This document shows, in pieces, positions 1-13,878 of a DNA stretch of 45,776 nucleotides. The stretch lies in NCBI GenBank assembly GCA_000934665.2, contig JYFJ02003160.1, forward strand, positions 1-45,776, given 5' to 3'. A program made the position numbers and the translations under genes. Within the stretch, counting starts at the first letter, position 1, and every line of letters begins with the position of its first letter. The notes beneath the pieces are model-generated. The model had not been told where the DNA came from. It worked only from the letters and a program-made list of their open reading frames with translations, and searched no databases. Origin of the DNA: Catajapyx aquilonaris (lineage: Eukaryota).

Positions 1-42
1 TTGGTGGAGCAGAGTGTAGGGGAGGGGCCTCTGCTCCACCAA
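1..42. repeat. Inverted repeat / hairpin (14-bp perfect stem, 14-nt loop)
   Basis: ttggtggagcagag (1-14) is the exact reverse complement of ctctgctccaccaa (29-42). The stem may extend beyond the window edge. Confidence 0.8.
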
Positions 43-3000
43 TCCGAATGGTGGGTACAGTGTGGTCCATAAGAAATCCTGTTTTGAAACCCTACCGCGT
101 ATTGCTAGACCACAGAGGTTGCTATATTTAGGATGCATCTTTTTTCGGGTGGCTGGAGCCGCCTACTTTTTGAGAAGTTATGCTCTGGGTACTGTATAGC
201 CAGTATTTTGCTCATGAACTAGCCGTGTTTTCAGCAATGGAGAAACATCGGAGAACCGATTAAATTAACTCCCTAGAATAAATCACCACAGCATCACACC
301 GTGTACTCTATCTTATCATGGCGCAAATAAATCCCACGCGGCTCCGTAACCGACTCACGCTCTGGGGGAGGGTAAAACAGGTAACTTATAAAGCAGATGA
401 CATGTTTGCACTGATAGCATTTCCCGCTGGAAAGCGCGACGAAAATTGAATCCTTCTCCGGTGATACTAAGGGTCCCTTGCGAATAAAGGGGGAAGAAGA
501 GTCCAGGCCCAAGAAAGGAAGGTTGGAAGAAGAAGAGGAGGAGAAAAAAAATGGCAAGTCCCGAAGGAGAAGGGGGAGAGATAAGGGGAAAGATTCAAAC
601 GACTATAATATAGAGTCTAGGGGTTGCATCGGATCCGGGTGTTGTCTCTTTTTCCGGGAGGAGATTATGGAACTGTCCGGGTCCACCTTCTGCCCATTTC
701 CCTGGGCTGGAATAGAAGACGTCCCTCAGGATGAAACGCCTCACTTGCAACGCATGGACGACCTAACGACCTTTTCCCCCCATTCTCTTTTTCCCCTGCA
801 TGAAATTTCTCTCGGTTTACGACCATTACGAAAATCTGCGCAGGATTGAATTACTGCAGTGGGAAAAAAATTCATGGCAATGTCGCCCATTAATAATTGG
901 ACATAGGTAAGTGCAGTATTAAACTCGCCGACAATTACTACGCAGTGCACTTAACACTAACCTGTAGCACTGTAATTGCGTTAATGGACGTCCAACAATC
1001 ACCAAATTAGTACGGAAAAAATTTCTGACCATTACACACTTGCAGTGTACAAAGTGTCGGTTATAATTAAGTTCGATAATAGGCGCCTTAAGGGTAAAAG
1101 AAATTCGAGCATACACTGTACAAGTGTACAGTATATGTAATTACCCTTTCCAATCAGTTAAAGTATTAACTTGGCACACACATGATGCGAAGTTTGGTAA
1201 TATGTTTGCAGGAGCATCCATCCTTACAAGCCACCGACGCTATAATAATGAGTGAATAAGAATATTCAGCCCATATTAAGTCCAACAAGGCGTAAGACCA
1301 CGCAAAATTCAGGTATTGCGACGCAAACATTGCGATGGTTAAGCACATAAGACTTAAGGAATCACGCTGAGTAGACGATTTAAAGTGGTTTTTTTCTGGA
1401 TCTAAATCGCAACAGTGTTACAACTACAAAATTAGAAACAGCTTACTAGTGCAGACTTGTTGAACGTAGGCGAAAAGATTGAGTATAAAGAACGACAAAG
1501 ACATCAACGTAAAGTGGTTCGGTTTACTGCTCCATAAACTGTAAGGCAAAGCTTCCATCATGCATAAAACATTTGATCCGAGAAGCTCGTCATTAATCCA
1601 TCTCAGCAAGAAAAAAAAGGCGACTTGCTTATACCCGTACGTGCCATACCCTTGCATAATTTCAAAAAAATTAATTATATAGATAAATAAAAAGTTACGT
1701 AAACGTCTGAGCTTTTGAGGAATATTGAATTACGTTTAATCAAATGAAGTTAAGATGATCCAGCATAAATGTCTGAGACTCCATTTCCTCCTATGCAAGA
1801 CTTGTCAATGTCATTTTATTTTCACACAACCGCATTCCCTGGAGGCCCCACGTTCCACAAAACCACCGCTTCCATAACCGTACACACATTTTTGTGCCAT
1901 GCACTCAACAAAACTGCTGCTGCTCTGTACAAACGAGCTGGAAGTGGAAGGCAAATAAAGGAACACACCCTCGGCAATAAGCACTGAAAATTCGGCCTCC
2001 ACAAATTATGCTCTACATATTCCGCAAGGCCTTTGTGCCCCCACCTCAATGCATACCCAAGAGAATCAAGTGCCAATAATGGCCAACCGAACCAGAAGAC
2101 AAGACTGGTATAACATACACTATAAGAGCTGCAAACTCCATAGCTCGTTTTCTTAAAACCGAAGCACTAATTATTCAGATAAAATATACACGAAGCAAAC
2201 TTTACACTGAAACGTAACATTCAAATTGTGACTTGCAAGTCAAAGCCCCCTCAACAATAATTTTTCATTACAAAGCTTCCTGCCGCTGGCTTCACTGTTA
2301 TCCGCTCATCTTTCCTACAACTTTCGCAATAAAAAGCGACAGCCAGACAATCCCGTCGTACATGTCAGCACGAAGTTGTAGAGAGAGCAGGGGAAAAAAA
2401 ATAACAATTTTCTATCCATGTCCACGGGAGGCATTTCCTATTTGAGTTAGCCGTCCCTCCAGGCAAAGTTAAACAGAGCAGAAGCTTGATAAATCAGGTA
2501 TCTCTCCATTACATTTTTTTTTTCTTCTACCACTCAACCTCTTCGTTCAAAATCCTCCTGAGGGCAGATAGCCAGCACCTCCTCGAAAATTGGAAATGGC
2601 CGTCTTATAGCCTCCCTTACACTTCAAGAGGCCCTCCCCAATCTTTAACCCATCCATTTACTTGGGAGGAAACCTTGTTTAAACTCATCCGCCATCATGT
2701 CTGGATGTGTGGGGGCCAAATCCGTTTTTCATGTCACATTACGTGGCCTGATGCTATGCCAAGTCCTTAGGGGGATCCCGTGCATGTCCGCCCACCTCTC
2801 CCAAAATGGGTCATTTCAATTTGCATATACTCCGACCTTCGCATTCTATCCTAACACGTGTACACATTTTTGCCACAAAACGCTGCGGTTTTACCGCTCG
2901 TCATTGTCATATATGTCCGGAGAAGTAACGAGTTCGGTTTTTACCACAGTAATTGAAAGCGAAAAGAACCAACAGTAGTTCCAGTTATATCTCAAAGGTA

Positions 3001-3362
3001 ATGATTTTTCCCCACCGAGTTTCCAGCCCTAACGTCTGGAGATTGCGAAAAGGAACGTTCCCAAATTATTCAGACTCCTTGATAAGGCAACCCGAAATGA
3101 CCCACATTCAGGAAACATGAGTGGAAGCAAATAACCTGCTGTGGGGGTGCTAGAGACAACCATAATTAAGAATGCAGATTCCAATTAGCATCACGAATGC
3201 GCTCTTTTCGCGGTTTCAGTGACGTCTCACGCATCCCTATCCACGTGCGTTACCAACTGCGCTAATTGCTTTTGAAACATGCAATAATTGTCACACTGCA
3301 TATGCTTTATTCAGACCACATTGGACACAACCGCAACACCTGGACTTTGAGCACTCAAACGA

Positions 3363-3435
3363 AACTATTTGCATAAAAATTGTGTGCACCATGTATACAT
3401 TGTACATGGTGCATACAATTTTTATGCAAATAGTT
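3363..3435. repeat. Near-perfect 73-nt foldback (33-bp arms, one mismatch)
   Basis: aactatttgcataaaaattgtgtgcaccatgta (3363-3395) pairs with tacatggtgcatacaatttttatgcaaatagtt (3403-3435); one G-T mismatch and a 7-nt spacer. Confidence 0.9.
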
Positions 3436-6400
3436 GTACACTCCATAAGTAACTCAATTTCATGGACAGGAAATATCCACAGTGTCAAAAAAATCCGTTT
3501 TGAGATACATTTGACCTTGCTAGTGAATACAGAAAATTCTGGCTTGCTGGCTTCATTATGAATATTTCGAAAAGCTGTGGAGCAGAAAAATTTGCGAAAA
3601 GTTTTGTAAATAGGCTCAAAATTGGTCTCAGGTTTCTCCTCAGCAAGACAACGATTAGTGATGGACTTGGACGGTTCTTACCTTCCATACATCATTTGTC
3701 ACTCACGGTTACAGACTCGGGTGTGTAAAAGGAAAGGGAATCGATAAGTTAAGGGAATTGCGACTAGTTAAAGGTTACTACCAACTATCAATCAAAAAAA
3801 AAACGGAGTGAGGACTAATCGACGGTGCAAACAGAGCGCAGTGAAAGTGTCAAAGTAGCAGATTGAGAGAAGATTGGAAGGAGAGTTTGTCATTAATCGT
3901 AACGACACTTACTTCCCCAGGCAGCTTATCAACGACGCTGTTCGTTAGAAAACAGCTTCGGAATGAGGATGAAATGGATTTTAAGACTATCGATCCATAT
4001 AGCACCTCCACAACAAAATATTTTTTACCTACGTTTTTCGCTTCGTTTTCTTTCCCTTGTCTGGAGACACAATCAAACATATCCGCTGCAGCATATAATT
4101 TCCACTCGAGCGTGTTTTTTCCCCCATTGGAACGAACACAAAAAAACTGGTTCAGTTCTTCCGGATGAATCAATAGTCTCTGGCTGCCATTGACTTAAAA
4201 CCTGGAGAGGGTTTTTCAGATCAACAGGTTTTATCTGGTCACTTCGAAGCTAACGGCCGTGGAAGAAGTGCGCCAGACTCACACACACAAAAAAAGGTCT
4301 TCACGACTTGAAAAGCGGTTCATAAAAAGTACATGGAGCGACACCTGTAACTGGCTGGAGGTCTATTGTGAACACCTAGTGCATGAATAATATATATGTT
4401 GGGACCCAGTTTGCTCGCTAAAAAATGGGGGGGCCTCTCAGGAGGACAATGGCATTACAAAGTTTTTGTTCTTACTCTTTCCACCTTCCTTTTTTCCTAT
4501 AGTAATTAACTCAAAAGCTTCTCGCTGCATCACTTTCAATTGATCGGGAATTCAAAGAAAGCCGATGTTCGCAAATGACCCGGTCCAGAATCAATAAGTT
4601 GCTGATCAAAGCAGGCCCAATTCCGTATCACTGAACTCCAAACTTCCGCTGGGGACGGAATAAAAAATAAAATAAAAAAGGAAATGTGGCTGAATTCAAT
4701 TACTATAGGACATTGAATCGTTGCAACTCTTCAAAAGCATGACTTGGTTAATCACATTGCGTTTGCAAGCACTGGCATTTAAATAGTCCCCAGTATGTGC
4801 CAGTACTGTAAGCAAAATGTGCAGAACCAGTAATAATCTCAAATATTGCATACTAGACCTCAGGCGATGTGCTTTTGCCTCAAAAATAGAACAAGAACAA
4901 AGAATTGCGTACAATAAAAGAACTTCATACAGAAACATTATTGACAGATAGAATTTCCTACAAACCCAACAAAAAAGGTTTAAAGAGGGGATCCAATTCC
5001 GTATGATCACAAAAATAGACGAAAAATTTAATATCGAGGAGAAAAAATGCGGGCTTCGACTGTTTCGCAGAACACCATCAAGCTCGAATTTCATAAACCT
5101 CATATTTTGGTATTTTAAAAAACTTTAATGAACTCAAACTTACATCACATCAACGTTCCCTGAGAGGTTCGTCTCAGGTAAATGTTTAGTGTAAAACTAA
5201 AACTCAATCATGAAGGAAGGCTTCCTCGAAGCCGAAATAACTCGAGATTAACCACGTGCCTGTATATAATCTTATTGACTCAGTTAGTAAAGCACCAAAG
5301 TTTACGCCACATCTTTTCCGTTACTACATCCGCCCTATATATAAAGAGCTAACTTCTAAAGACACTCTTGAATTTTCCCAAGGGAAGCTCTACTAGTTAC
5401 GAAGGTATGTGGAAATCTTCCGAGTCATGCAAATACAAATTCATGAGGCCACAAGCAGTTTAAAGTGGTCAGATTCGACTCTGTGCTTAACCTGCATAGT
5501 AAAAAAAATTATGCAAAGTCAACATCAGCAATCTAACGTAAATTGTAAAAATAACAAGTCAGCAAAAATCTATTCCGTTTCTCAAGAGACACGTGCTCGG
5601 TACTGAGCAAACACGTTGCAGATATTTCAGGATGAAATTGGTGTCATTCTCTTCCATTATTTTGAGAGCCTCTTAGCTGATTAAAAAAAGGGGGTCTCGT
5701 CGTGATAACAGCGAACCAATTTTGTTACCCACCCAAAAAAAAAGTCGGTCCTAAATTCAAGTCTGGTATATTTTTGAAGCGTGCCGACAGAAGGAGATTA
5801 CATCCTGTAATTTCGGAGGCTGGCTTTGTTGTGTGTAGTCAAATTCACGGTATGATTGGCACAAGTGTACTCGTTTCAAGATGTGGCACGGATCAAAGGA
5901 TCCTTTGGCTGCACGAAACTGCGCGTACAGTACAGGATGAGTCAAAAATACTGCAGAAAATATTCTAGCAGGAGGTTCTGATTGTACTAGTCGCTGAAGG
6001 CCTTTTTTTCGGTGGTGGTTCTCCGTGCCAAGTGCACCCGCTGAGCCCAATAAATACAGCCTTATTTCCTTTTCTTCCTCAAGCTTTTGTACCACCTCAA
6101 CAAAGACACCTAGTTCTCTTTACACCCCTTTCCACATCTATATATAAAACTTCGGGAGAATTCCTTTTTAGCACTTCCTATTACCCAGATTGCAACACGA
6201 CCTGGACTCGACACTCTATCAGCAGATCACACGACAAATACGCGCCAATAATTCACCAGCAAACGACGACGGCTCCTTCAGAAACCGGGTTAAAAGAAGA
6301 AAATTCTCTTTTTTGAAGGCCACCCACCCACCCATCAAAAAAAAATCGGGTTGCTAACATAAAGCGAAACATGGAAACGGTTTTCCGCGAGATGAAAAGC

Positions 6401-9400
6401 TCGATTGGAAGCCCACAGGTTTGATTTACAGGACAGCTATTGTGGACACTATATGCAGCACTATATTTTGTGCCAAAAAAACCTATATATTTTATTCGCA
6501 TTTTTTTCGGGTGAACATAAGTGCGGATTCCCACGTGTCGAAAGAAGCAACGGCCAGCTCTCTTTCGCCATCGATCAGCAATAAAGAGGGTCGGACCTTG
6601 GGGAAAAAAAGACAAGGTAAAAAAAAGGGCTTCCAAATTAAGTTAAAGGTGCGGGGGTGCTGGAAACAAGAGGCACTTCTTCAGGCCATGAAAATTTCAT
6701 ACGACTCACTTCAGAGCAACCAACATGTTGGAACCCCCAGAATATTTTTTTTGCATGAATCATTTCAATGCCCTGAAACCAAAGCTTGCAAAATAATACT
6801 GACTTGGCTATCGGATAATTAATAAATTATTCGGGCCGTGCCATGATACCGAGGGGAACTCCCGGAGGCGCTGTAAATTTGCAATTCAACGCATTAAACA
6901 CGTCAAGGAATAAATGGCGCTTGGCTAAAATCGGATTCCGTTATTATATCTGAACCTGGGCTCGAGTTCCTTGGCCTAAGGTAACATTGTAACAGTTGGG
7001 GTCTTTTTCCCCCCCTCTCCAGCCCCCTTTTCCTTTTCGGCAATGGATCCACAAGAAAAGAACGCGTGATAAATTGCACCTGGGTCATGCAATATAATTA
7101 ATGGCCCCCCTAGACTTTGGGCTGGGAGCATGAAAAATCGTCTCTGGACCGGAAGGCGACTCCGGACAAAACTGGGCAGCTGTAATGACCTGGGAATAAC
7201 AGTCGAAAAACTTGTGGAAACCAAATGGGAGCTGACCTAAGCGTCTATGAGAATTTCCGGAAAATAACTGCGCAGAGTTCAGCAGGCAAAAACATTACTC
7301 GGATTTCTTCAAGCAATAAGAAAAGTGAAGACTACCAAAGATGGACCAAAGTATGCAACAATACCAAGCTAAAAATATGCTGAAGAGAGACCCTGCACAG
7401 TCACCCCTAACGATAATGGACAATTTGAACGCGAATATTAATCGCTAAATATAGTTAGTGGAAAATTCCTCCCAGAATTAATGTGTTGTATGCTGTATGT
7501 CAAAACACTAATGTTAATTGCGGCGGAAAATTCAATTTCAGTTGCATCTGCTTACGTGTTCATGAATACTCAACGCCCTATGGATGTTAATTTCGCATAT
7601 CGATACATGGTAAGCACCAGTCGTTTCAAAATGAAGGTCAAGTATGCAACGCACTGGATAAAACTTGCAGTGAAGTGGGTTTTTACTGCAGGTTCGTAAA
7701 CGGATATGATTTAGGCTTACATGATGCATAATTACAAAGCCACTAATTGGCCATGGTACGCCTTTTAAAAATATTCGAAACACTCAGTTTGCACAGTATT
7801 TCCATTCCAAGTGGTTTTTGGCTCGATTCCAGTGGTTTTTCCTATTTTCCCGTGAGTAATTTGATTATCGCAACTTCATTTTAGTGATGCGTTTCATGCA
7901 CATGTCACGTAACAAACAGTTCTCCCGTGGCAAAAATTCTGTTCTACAAAAGCTGGCCCCCCATGAATAGTTTCACCAACAAAAGTTTCGTATCCCAAAC
8001 TATTTGAACAAAAAAAATAAAAATCCTGCATTTTCTCTCCTGCAGACAGCCATTACTTTGCTGTACTTTCCTGTACCTTAATTAACAAATTTGTACAGTA
8101 CATTCGTGCAACAATTCTGGGGTCTACTTTTCGCATTATCCGCGGTTCTGTCTGATCCCATGTGCACCATCGGAACAATCACTCTGAAAGCCGAACCTTT
8201 TCTGCTGCATATACGCACATAGGACAATCGACGTGTTGCGCATTCCAGTGCACGTTCCGAGCTAATGTTTCCTCTTTCCAAAAGCCGGAATCGTTCAAAG
8301 CACTGTGCTGGGTCTGGGGTTGGAAAATAGCAAAAAGAGAACCGCTATTATTTTCCGCAGTCGGTGCGGAGGACTTGGCACTCTCAGGATTAATGAATCC
8401 CAGTGGGAGATCTGATGGAAACTCACCGATATACCAGTGAATAATTTAGTTACGCCCCCATGATGCTTGTCGTTGCGAACCGTTTTTGTGTGCTATCGGA
8501 ACCTCGTTGCTCATACTGACAGCACAGCAAACCGTGATCAAAATCTCGTCTCGGATTATGATCCGATTTTTTTTTTTAAGAAGAAGGTACAGTTCGACCC
8601 CACACAAAACCGATCAACGGGTTTTCTTCCCCCGAAAATGTTTGATTGCACCCGAGAGGAGCCCTGGGAAAAGAAGACTAAATTGTCCCACTGGGAACCA
8701 CATTTATCACTCTGAACTGGCACAGTAGCTAAGACCAATGCGGCCAGATTGAAAAAAAAAATAGGGTTGTAATGGAACATATATCAACCTTTTCTGTCCA
8801 AAGGTTTTGCTGTCTTCATTGTGCATGCTCCCCATGTATAGCACAAAATATGATTGCAATGGGTAGCAAAAATAATTATGAAGTGCCTGTGCAATGTTAC
8901 TCGCGGTTTTAATTAAAATTTTAGTACGCTGTTTGCACTCAGTCATCCATAAACTGGAGTGGTTTGTGCAGAAATTTCACGCATTTTTCTGCTCCCCGTG
9001 TTTGCTAATATGCTGGAAAGTGCTACATTTCTGAGTTGACGTATTCCACCAGCCAGTTATTTTTTCCCCACTTCAGACTAGTGTGCTTAGTATGAAATCA
9101 GTTAATTTTTTTTTGACAAAATTACTGCGAACTGGCGAGGTAAACAACTGGTTTGTTATGAAAGACGCGGATTCTCCATCACAGCCGATCGGGCCTACAC
9201 ACCTCCTTTTGGCCTCCATTTTTGGCTGTCACCTTTTCACCGCCTAAAAAGTCAAAAGATGGGAACTTCCTCATCATCCACTCCGGAAAACACGGCCCGA
9301 AGCCATCAATCACTCACAACGTCATCTTAAGCCACAAACGGTAGTCCGGCTTTCCTGTTCCCAAGGAAACCCACAGCCTGCCAACTATACTTCACCACCA

Positions 9401-11362
9401 GAGAGGGTAAAGGCCATAGGAAAAATAAAAAATAAAAAAAGAACTCTCGCATTATATCCAGCGATGATGGAAGAAGGAAATGAAAAAAAAAAAGCTTAAC
9501 GATATTTGGATTGAAATAGCCGGCGGAGATCCGATTCTCATTAGTGCGCTGTTTTTTTCAGGGTCCTCCATTGAGAGAAAAAGAAATGCGAACTATATAT
9601 TGCCCATGGAAAAATACATCGTCGTGTGTTATCACTGTGCGCAGGACTATCCCGTTTCAATTAACAAGAAAGCCTCATCTGGGAAGGAAAATTCGATGGC
9701 AAACAGGTTTATGCTCCAAAGACTACGAAAAGCGCTCATCTCAAAAACAGCAGTGCGAATTGGTCTTGTTTTCCTGCTGAAATGACGAGCAATTAAGATT
9801 GATAGGATCTGAAGAATTTCAGGCTATTGTTTTCTTGTGGAACGTTTGATTCTTCACTCGTGTAATTACGCGTAGTAATAGGTGCAATCGGCGACAACAG
9901 GCTTAATTTGGAGGGGTTGCGTCCATCTTAAGACGCACGAGCGACGGCAACAGACGCAATTTCCGGATCGTTGAAACCGTTAGTGATTAGTAGACCACTG
10001 AGCAACGGTTGGTCCAGGATTTGTAAGACCCAAGCAAAATTTTAGACCATCACTTTTTTCGAGAGAGAGAATCAACAACATCGTAGCTGAAAAAGGAAGA
10101 AGATTGATACCAATTTCCTTCCGAGTGAGTCGCCATACAGGTTGAAAGACGATTCGCTTACAAGTCCAAGTGGGCTGAAAAAGTCTATTAACCGGGGGTC
10201 CCACCCCATTCACACGAAAACGACGTTATTACTTCGCTGGTGTCAAATGTAGCGTGTAGTACTTTTAGATTAGGAAAAAAAAAGTTCAGGATCCTAATCG
10301 AAAGATCAGCTTCTCAAGTTCGATCTCAAACCGATCGATGTAGTGTTTTCTTTTCTCCGTTCCTCTCCTTGCTAGATCCTCCTAAGGGACGAAAGGCCGA
10401 AAACCAATCTCCTGTGATGTGTTGGGTTTTTTTTTGGGTGGGCTATCAGTAGTTACTCTTTACCGAACGAAGAAAAAATATATATACACATTGATCAAAA
10501 AGTAAGGGGTGCAGCAAAATTTAATTCCCTGAGTAATGTGGGCATAAAGCTGCTCGGGATTTCTTAAATCCTTTAGCTTCGCGAAAAAGAGGCCTGGAAA
10601 GTATTGATTTAGAGAACTACACAAGTTTTACTTTTCTCTCTTCCTCGCTCTCTTTTTTTTTGTTCGTCGACTGAGATTTCAAAGTAGCCTAAACCCCTTC
10701 GGTAAGTCAACGGCAAGCAAGGTCGGCTCTTTTTCCCCACTAAGAAGCTCAGCGCCACTAATAGTCCGATTTCAAAAGAGTTCATTTTCTGGGAGAAAAC
10801 GCATCCGAGGAGATCAGCCAAAGAAACCTTCCCTGATTGGAATGGCCAATGTTTCCGGAAGACCCACTTACATATCGCAGAACTATTTCCATGAGTTTTT
10901 TTTTTCGTTTGCTCGCTAACATAGGTCCCTCTCCGAATATTTTGTGATGAGTACATCAAACTCTTCTTAGCGTAATTTTTTTGATAAAAAATCGTAGGCC
11001 TTTTGACCCCCCCCCCNCCCCCCAAGCTGACCTCCTTCTCTTGCGAATGTAGGTCTTTGTGTCTCCGCCCAGGGCCATCCATATTTTTGGGTGCAGTAAA
11101 TCTCCAGTGGTGGCTCCCACTGAAACTAATTGCAGAAAGCTGTCCCCTCTCAATTAAACCCGCCCTTTCTTTCCAATTAATTTCCCTCGCCCAGAAACCC
11201 GGACCCCCCATTCCACGCTCGCCCAGCAAACCAACTCAATTTTCATTTCAACGCACGTCTCCATCAGCCTTAGTGGAAAAAAAAAGAGTCACATCCTGGC
11301 CTGTATGCAACCAAAGCGCCTCGATTGCTCTACATTTCATCTACATTTCAGGCGCAATGACT

Positions 11363-11538
11363 TTTTCTCCTAATAGGCTTATTCTCTCCGTCGGATGTTT
11401 GTCCGACGTGATAGTATCGCTATCTCTCGCACTATACCTGATGCGCCATCTATGCGTGAAGAATACTACTACGTGGTAAATCGGCGGGCATTGATTGTCA
11501 CTGTCATACTGATTACAGGTTTTGCCAAATTTTAGCTA
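11363..11538 (+). repeat. Dispersed repeat copy 1 (putative non-autonomous element fragment)
   Basis: Shares the blocks tttctcctaataggcttattctctccgtcggatgtttgtccga, gcgccatctat, tactacgtggtaaatcggcgggc and tcactgtcatactgattacaggtt with 13666-13878. Confidence 0.8.
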
Positions 11539-13665
11539 CATCTATAGTATAGACACATTTTTAGTCTCTCTCAGCACAATTTCCTGCATTAGTCTTCTTC
11601 GTTACAGCCATGACAGCCTCGCAACAAAATCTTCACATCTAAAACAAACAGAACCCAAGACTTTACTCGACGCCCGGATGAGCTCACAAAAGACTTTCCG
11701 CCCCATCCCCCTCGGTTAATCGAGTTTTCCTCCTCAAGACTCAGCTCGCAGGTGCCCTTATTCCCCCAGCAACAAACCCTGCACAAATGAAAATTGCTCC
11801 GAACTGTGAAATTGGCAAGACGTGAAGGTAAAGCGAGCGAAACACCTAAACAACACAAATATACAGGGTGATTTCAGAAGTTTGAAGTAGCCTCCCCACA
11901 AAAAAAAATCGAGTTGTGCTGAGGTTTATGGAGGGCATTAACAGCTAAAGGCATCCGTCAGACCCCGTTGTACTCATTCTGGTGTAAAAGGCTGCTGGTT
12001 CTCTCAAGGGGCGAAGGAAAGGAAGGTTTTCCTTTCATCACAGGCCCCTATTATTGCCACGGTTAGTTGTCCAAGTGGGCCGTTTATCTCGAGTCTGGAG
12101 ACCATGTCCGAGCCCTTTAAATGGCCACACCCCACGTCTCTCAAAACTATTCCGCCGAAAAGCACTGGGGCGGCTTCTAAGCAAGTTAAAGCTTCAACTT
12201 GAGTAAAGTGTGTGAATTATGCTTTCAGTAAAATTACTGTCAGAATTTATTGACCTTTTTGAGGGCATATCGAGTAGCTTCAATGGTAGTAAAAGTAACG
12301 TTTATTGCACGCATAAAACATCCGATCTGTCATGTGCGACATGTAAAACCTTGATTTACCAATTTTATTTTGTACCATTTTAATTTCGAGCGCACGTTAA
12401 AAACTTAGCTGTAATTGCTCTTGGTATCTATTTCATTATCAAAAAAAAAAGTCTCTCTTGTAACCGACCGCAGTTACATTTGGTCAGTTTTATCTCCTCG
12501 TACTCATTTGAATATCATTTCCCCCCACAAACCTCTGGTGCAGATCTGGAGATTATCTGGGCCACATTTTTCCCCCCTCTCGCCCCCGCGTAACACCAAG
12601 GGCTGCCCCATAAAAGCGAGGCCGTAAAAAGTTTTACGTCCAATTCCGCGAATGGATTCTGCGAATTAATTTCTCGCACAGTGTGAATGGGCATATATAT
12701 AATAGTAAAAAAAAAGGCGGGGCCGAATTTCAGAACTGCGGCGACATGAAATGTGATTTCTGATCCTGTTAACGCAACACCCGTGGTTTTGAAAGGCATA
12801 TATTATATTCCATTCGGGGGTCTTGAACTCGACACGTTCACATCTGAAAAGGTCTTGTTCAATGTTGAATATTCGCTTGCAACACAACGTAGTAAATTAC
12901 CCCCAGTTTGTGAAATAGAAATGACTGATTGCACTAAACTGTGTACATTACGAGCCCTGTAAAACGGTAAACAATTTAGCAAAACCTTTCGTGCCAAATT
13001 GAAATTCCCAGGTATAGTATACCAAACGGTCCACTTTAACGGGGACTGTAATTAACAATTTAAAATATAACTAGCATATAATTACTCTAGAGGGTTATTC
13101 CAAAACCTACAGTTTGCCGTAGAGAGTCGTTAGCATGTTGAAGCATTGTTGTGGCCCATATTATTTGCATACATTTAGGAAACGTATACTCCCAACCTTG
13201 GTTATGAATAACTTTAAAATCACAAGGAAAATGGCCCAACACAAAAGTACCTCATTTTTTACAACTTGGCTGTCTATACATAAATTACATGCGCTAAATT
13301 TTCGAGCACCTAGAGAAATCCTGATATTTAAATTCAAGCTCAATACGGCCAGGAACCAAAAGCCTGTGTCGCCACAAAGTTGCTTTAATGTTCCTATTTT
13401 TCCAGTGCGATTTTTTCTCTCTCTCTCTCTCCCCAGCACTGTGTATATATACACTTACTGTGCTCTTTTTCACCCTATAGTTCCAGCAATATTTCACTGT
13501 CAAGCCAGGCCTTCAAGACCTGTCGCCATATTGCAAAGATAAAAAATTCCGCCACATGTACTTTCTCTTCCATTCTGGAGTGGGAACAATTTACACCTGC
13601 ATACTTCATGTAAGTGTCTCCTTTATTTTTTTCGCAACAGCAGCTATATTAGATGAATGGTAATC

Positions 13666-13878
13666 TTTCTCCTAATAGGCTTATTCTCTCCGTCGGATGT
13701 TTGTCCGATCTGGTAGTAGCGCTCTCTCTCACGACCTGAAGTTGGCAGCAGTGTGCAGAGGAAGTGTGCGCCATCTATCAGGCAAGAATAGTACTACGTG
13801 GTAAATCGGCGGGCCATCTCATAACCGTTGTTCAATTTTCACTGTCATACTGATTACAGGTTCTGCCAAATTTTGCTA
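13666..13878 (+). repeat. Dispersed repeat copy 2 (putative non-autonomous element fragment)
   Basis: Direct diverged copy of 11363-11538 with two insertions. Confidence 0.8.

Noticed and set aside
478..849. 123-aa ORF with a K/R/E-rich start, as a possible second protamine-like gene
   Set aside because: Starts at TTG, has no winged helix, and the composition is explained by a purine-rich tract; no supporting splice structure found.
6304..6330. Histone 3' stem-loop-like sequence (ctcttttttgaaggccaccca)
   Set aside because: The 5' arm does not form the 6-bp GGYYYT stem and there is no histone ORF upstream.
10609..11479. Long overlapping ORFs (206 aa minus, 158 aa plus)
   Set aside because: No recognisable domain, and they span a poly-C run containing an ambiguous base (n at 11017).
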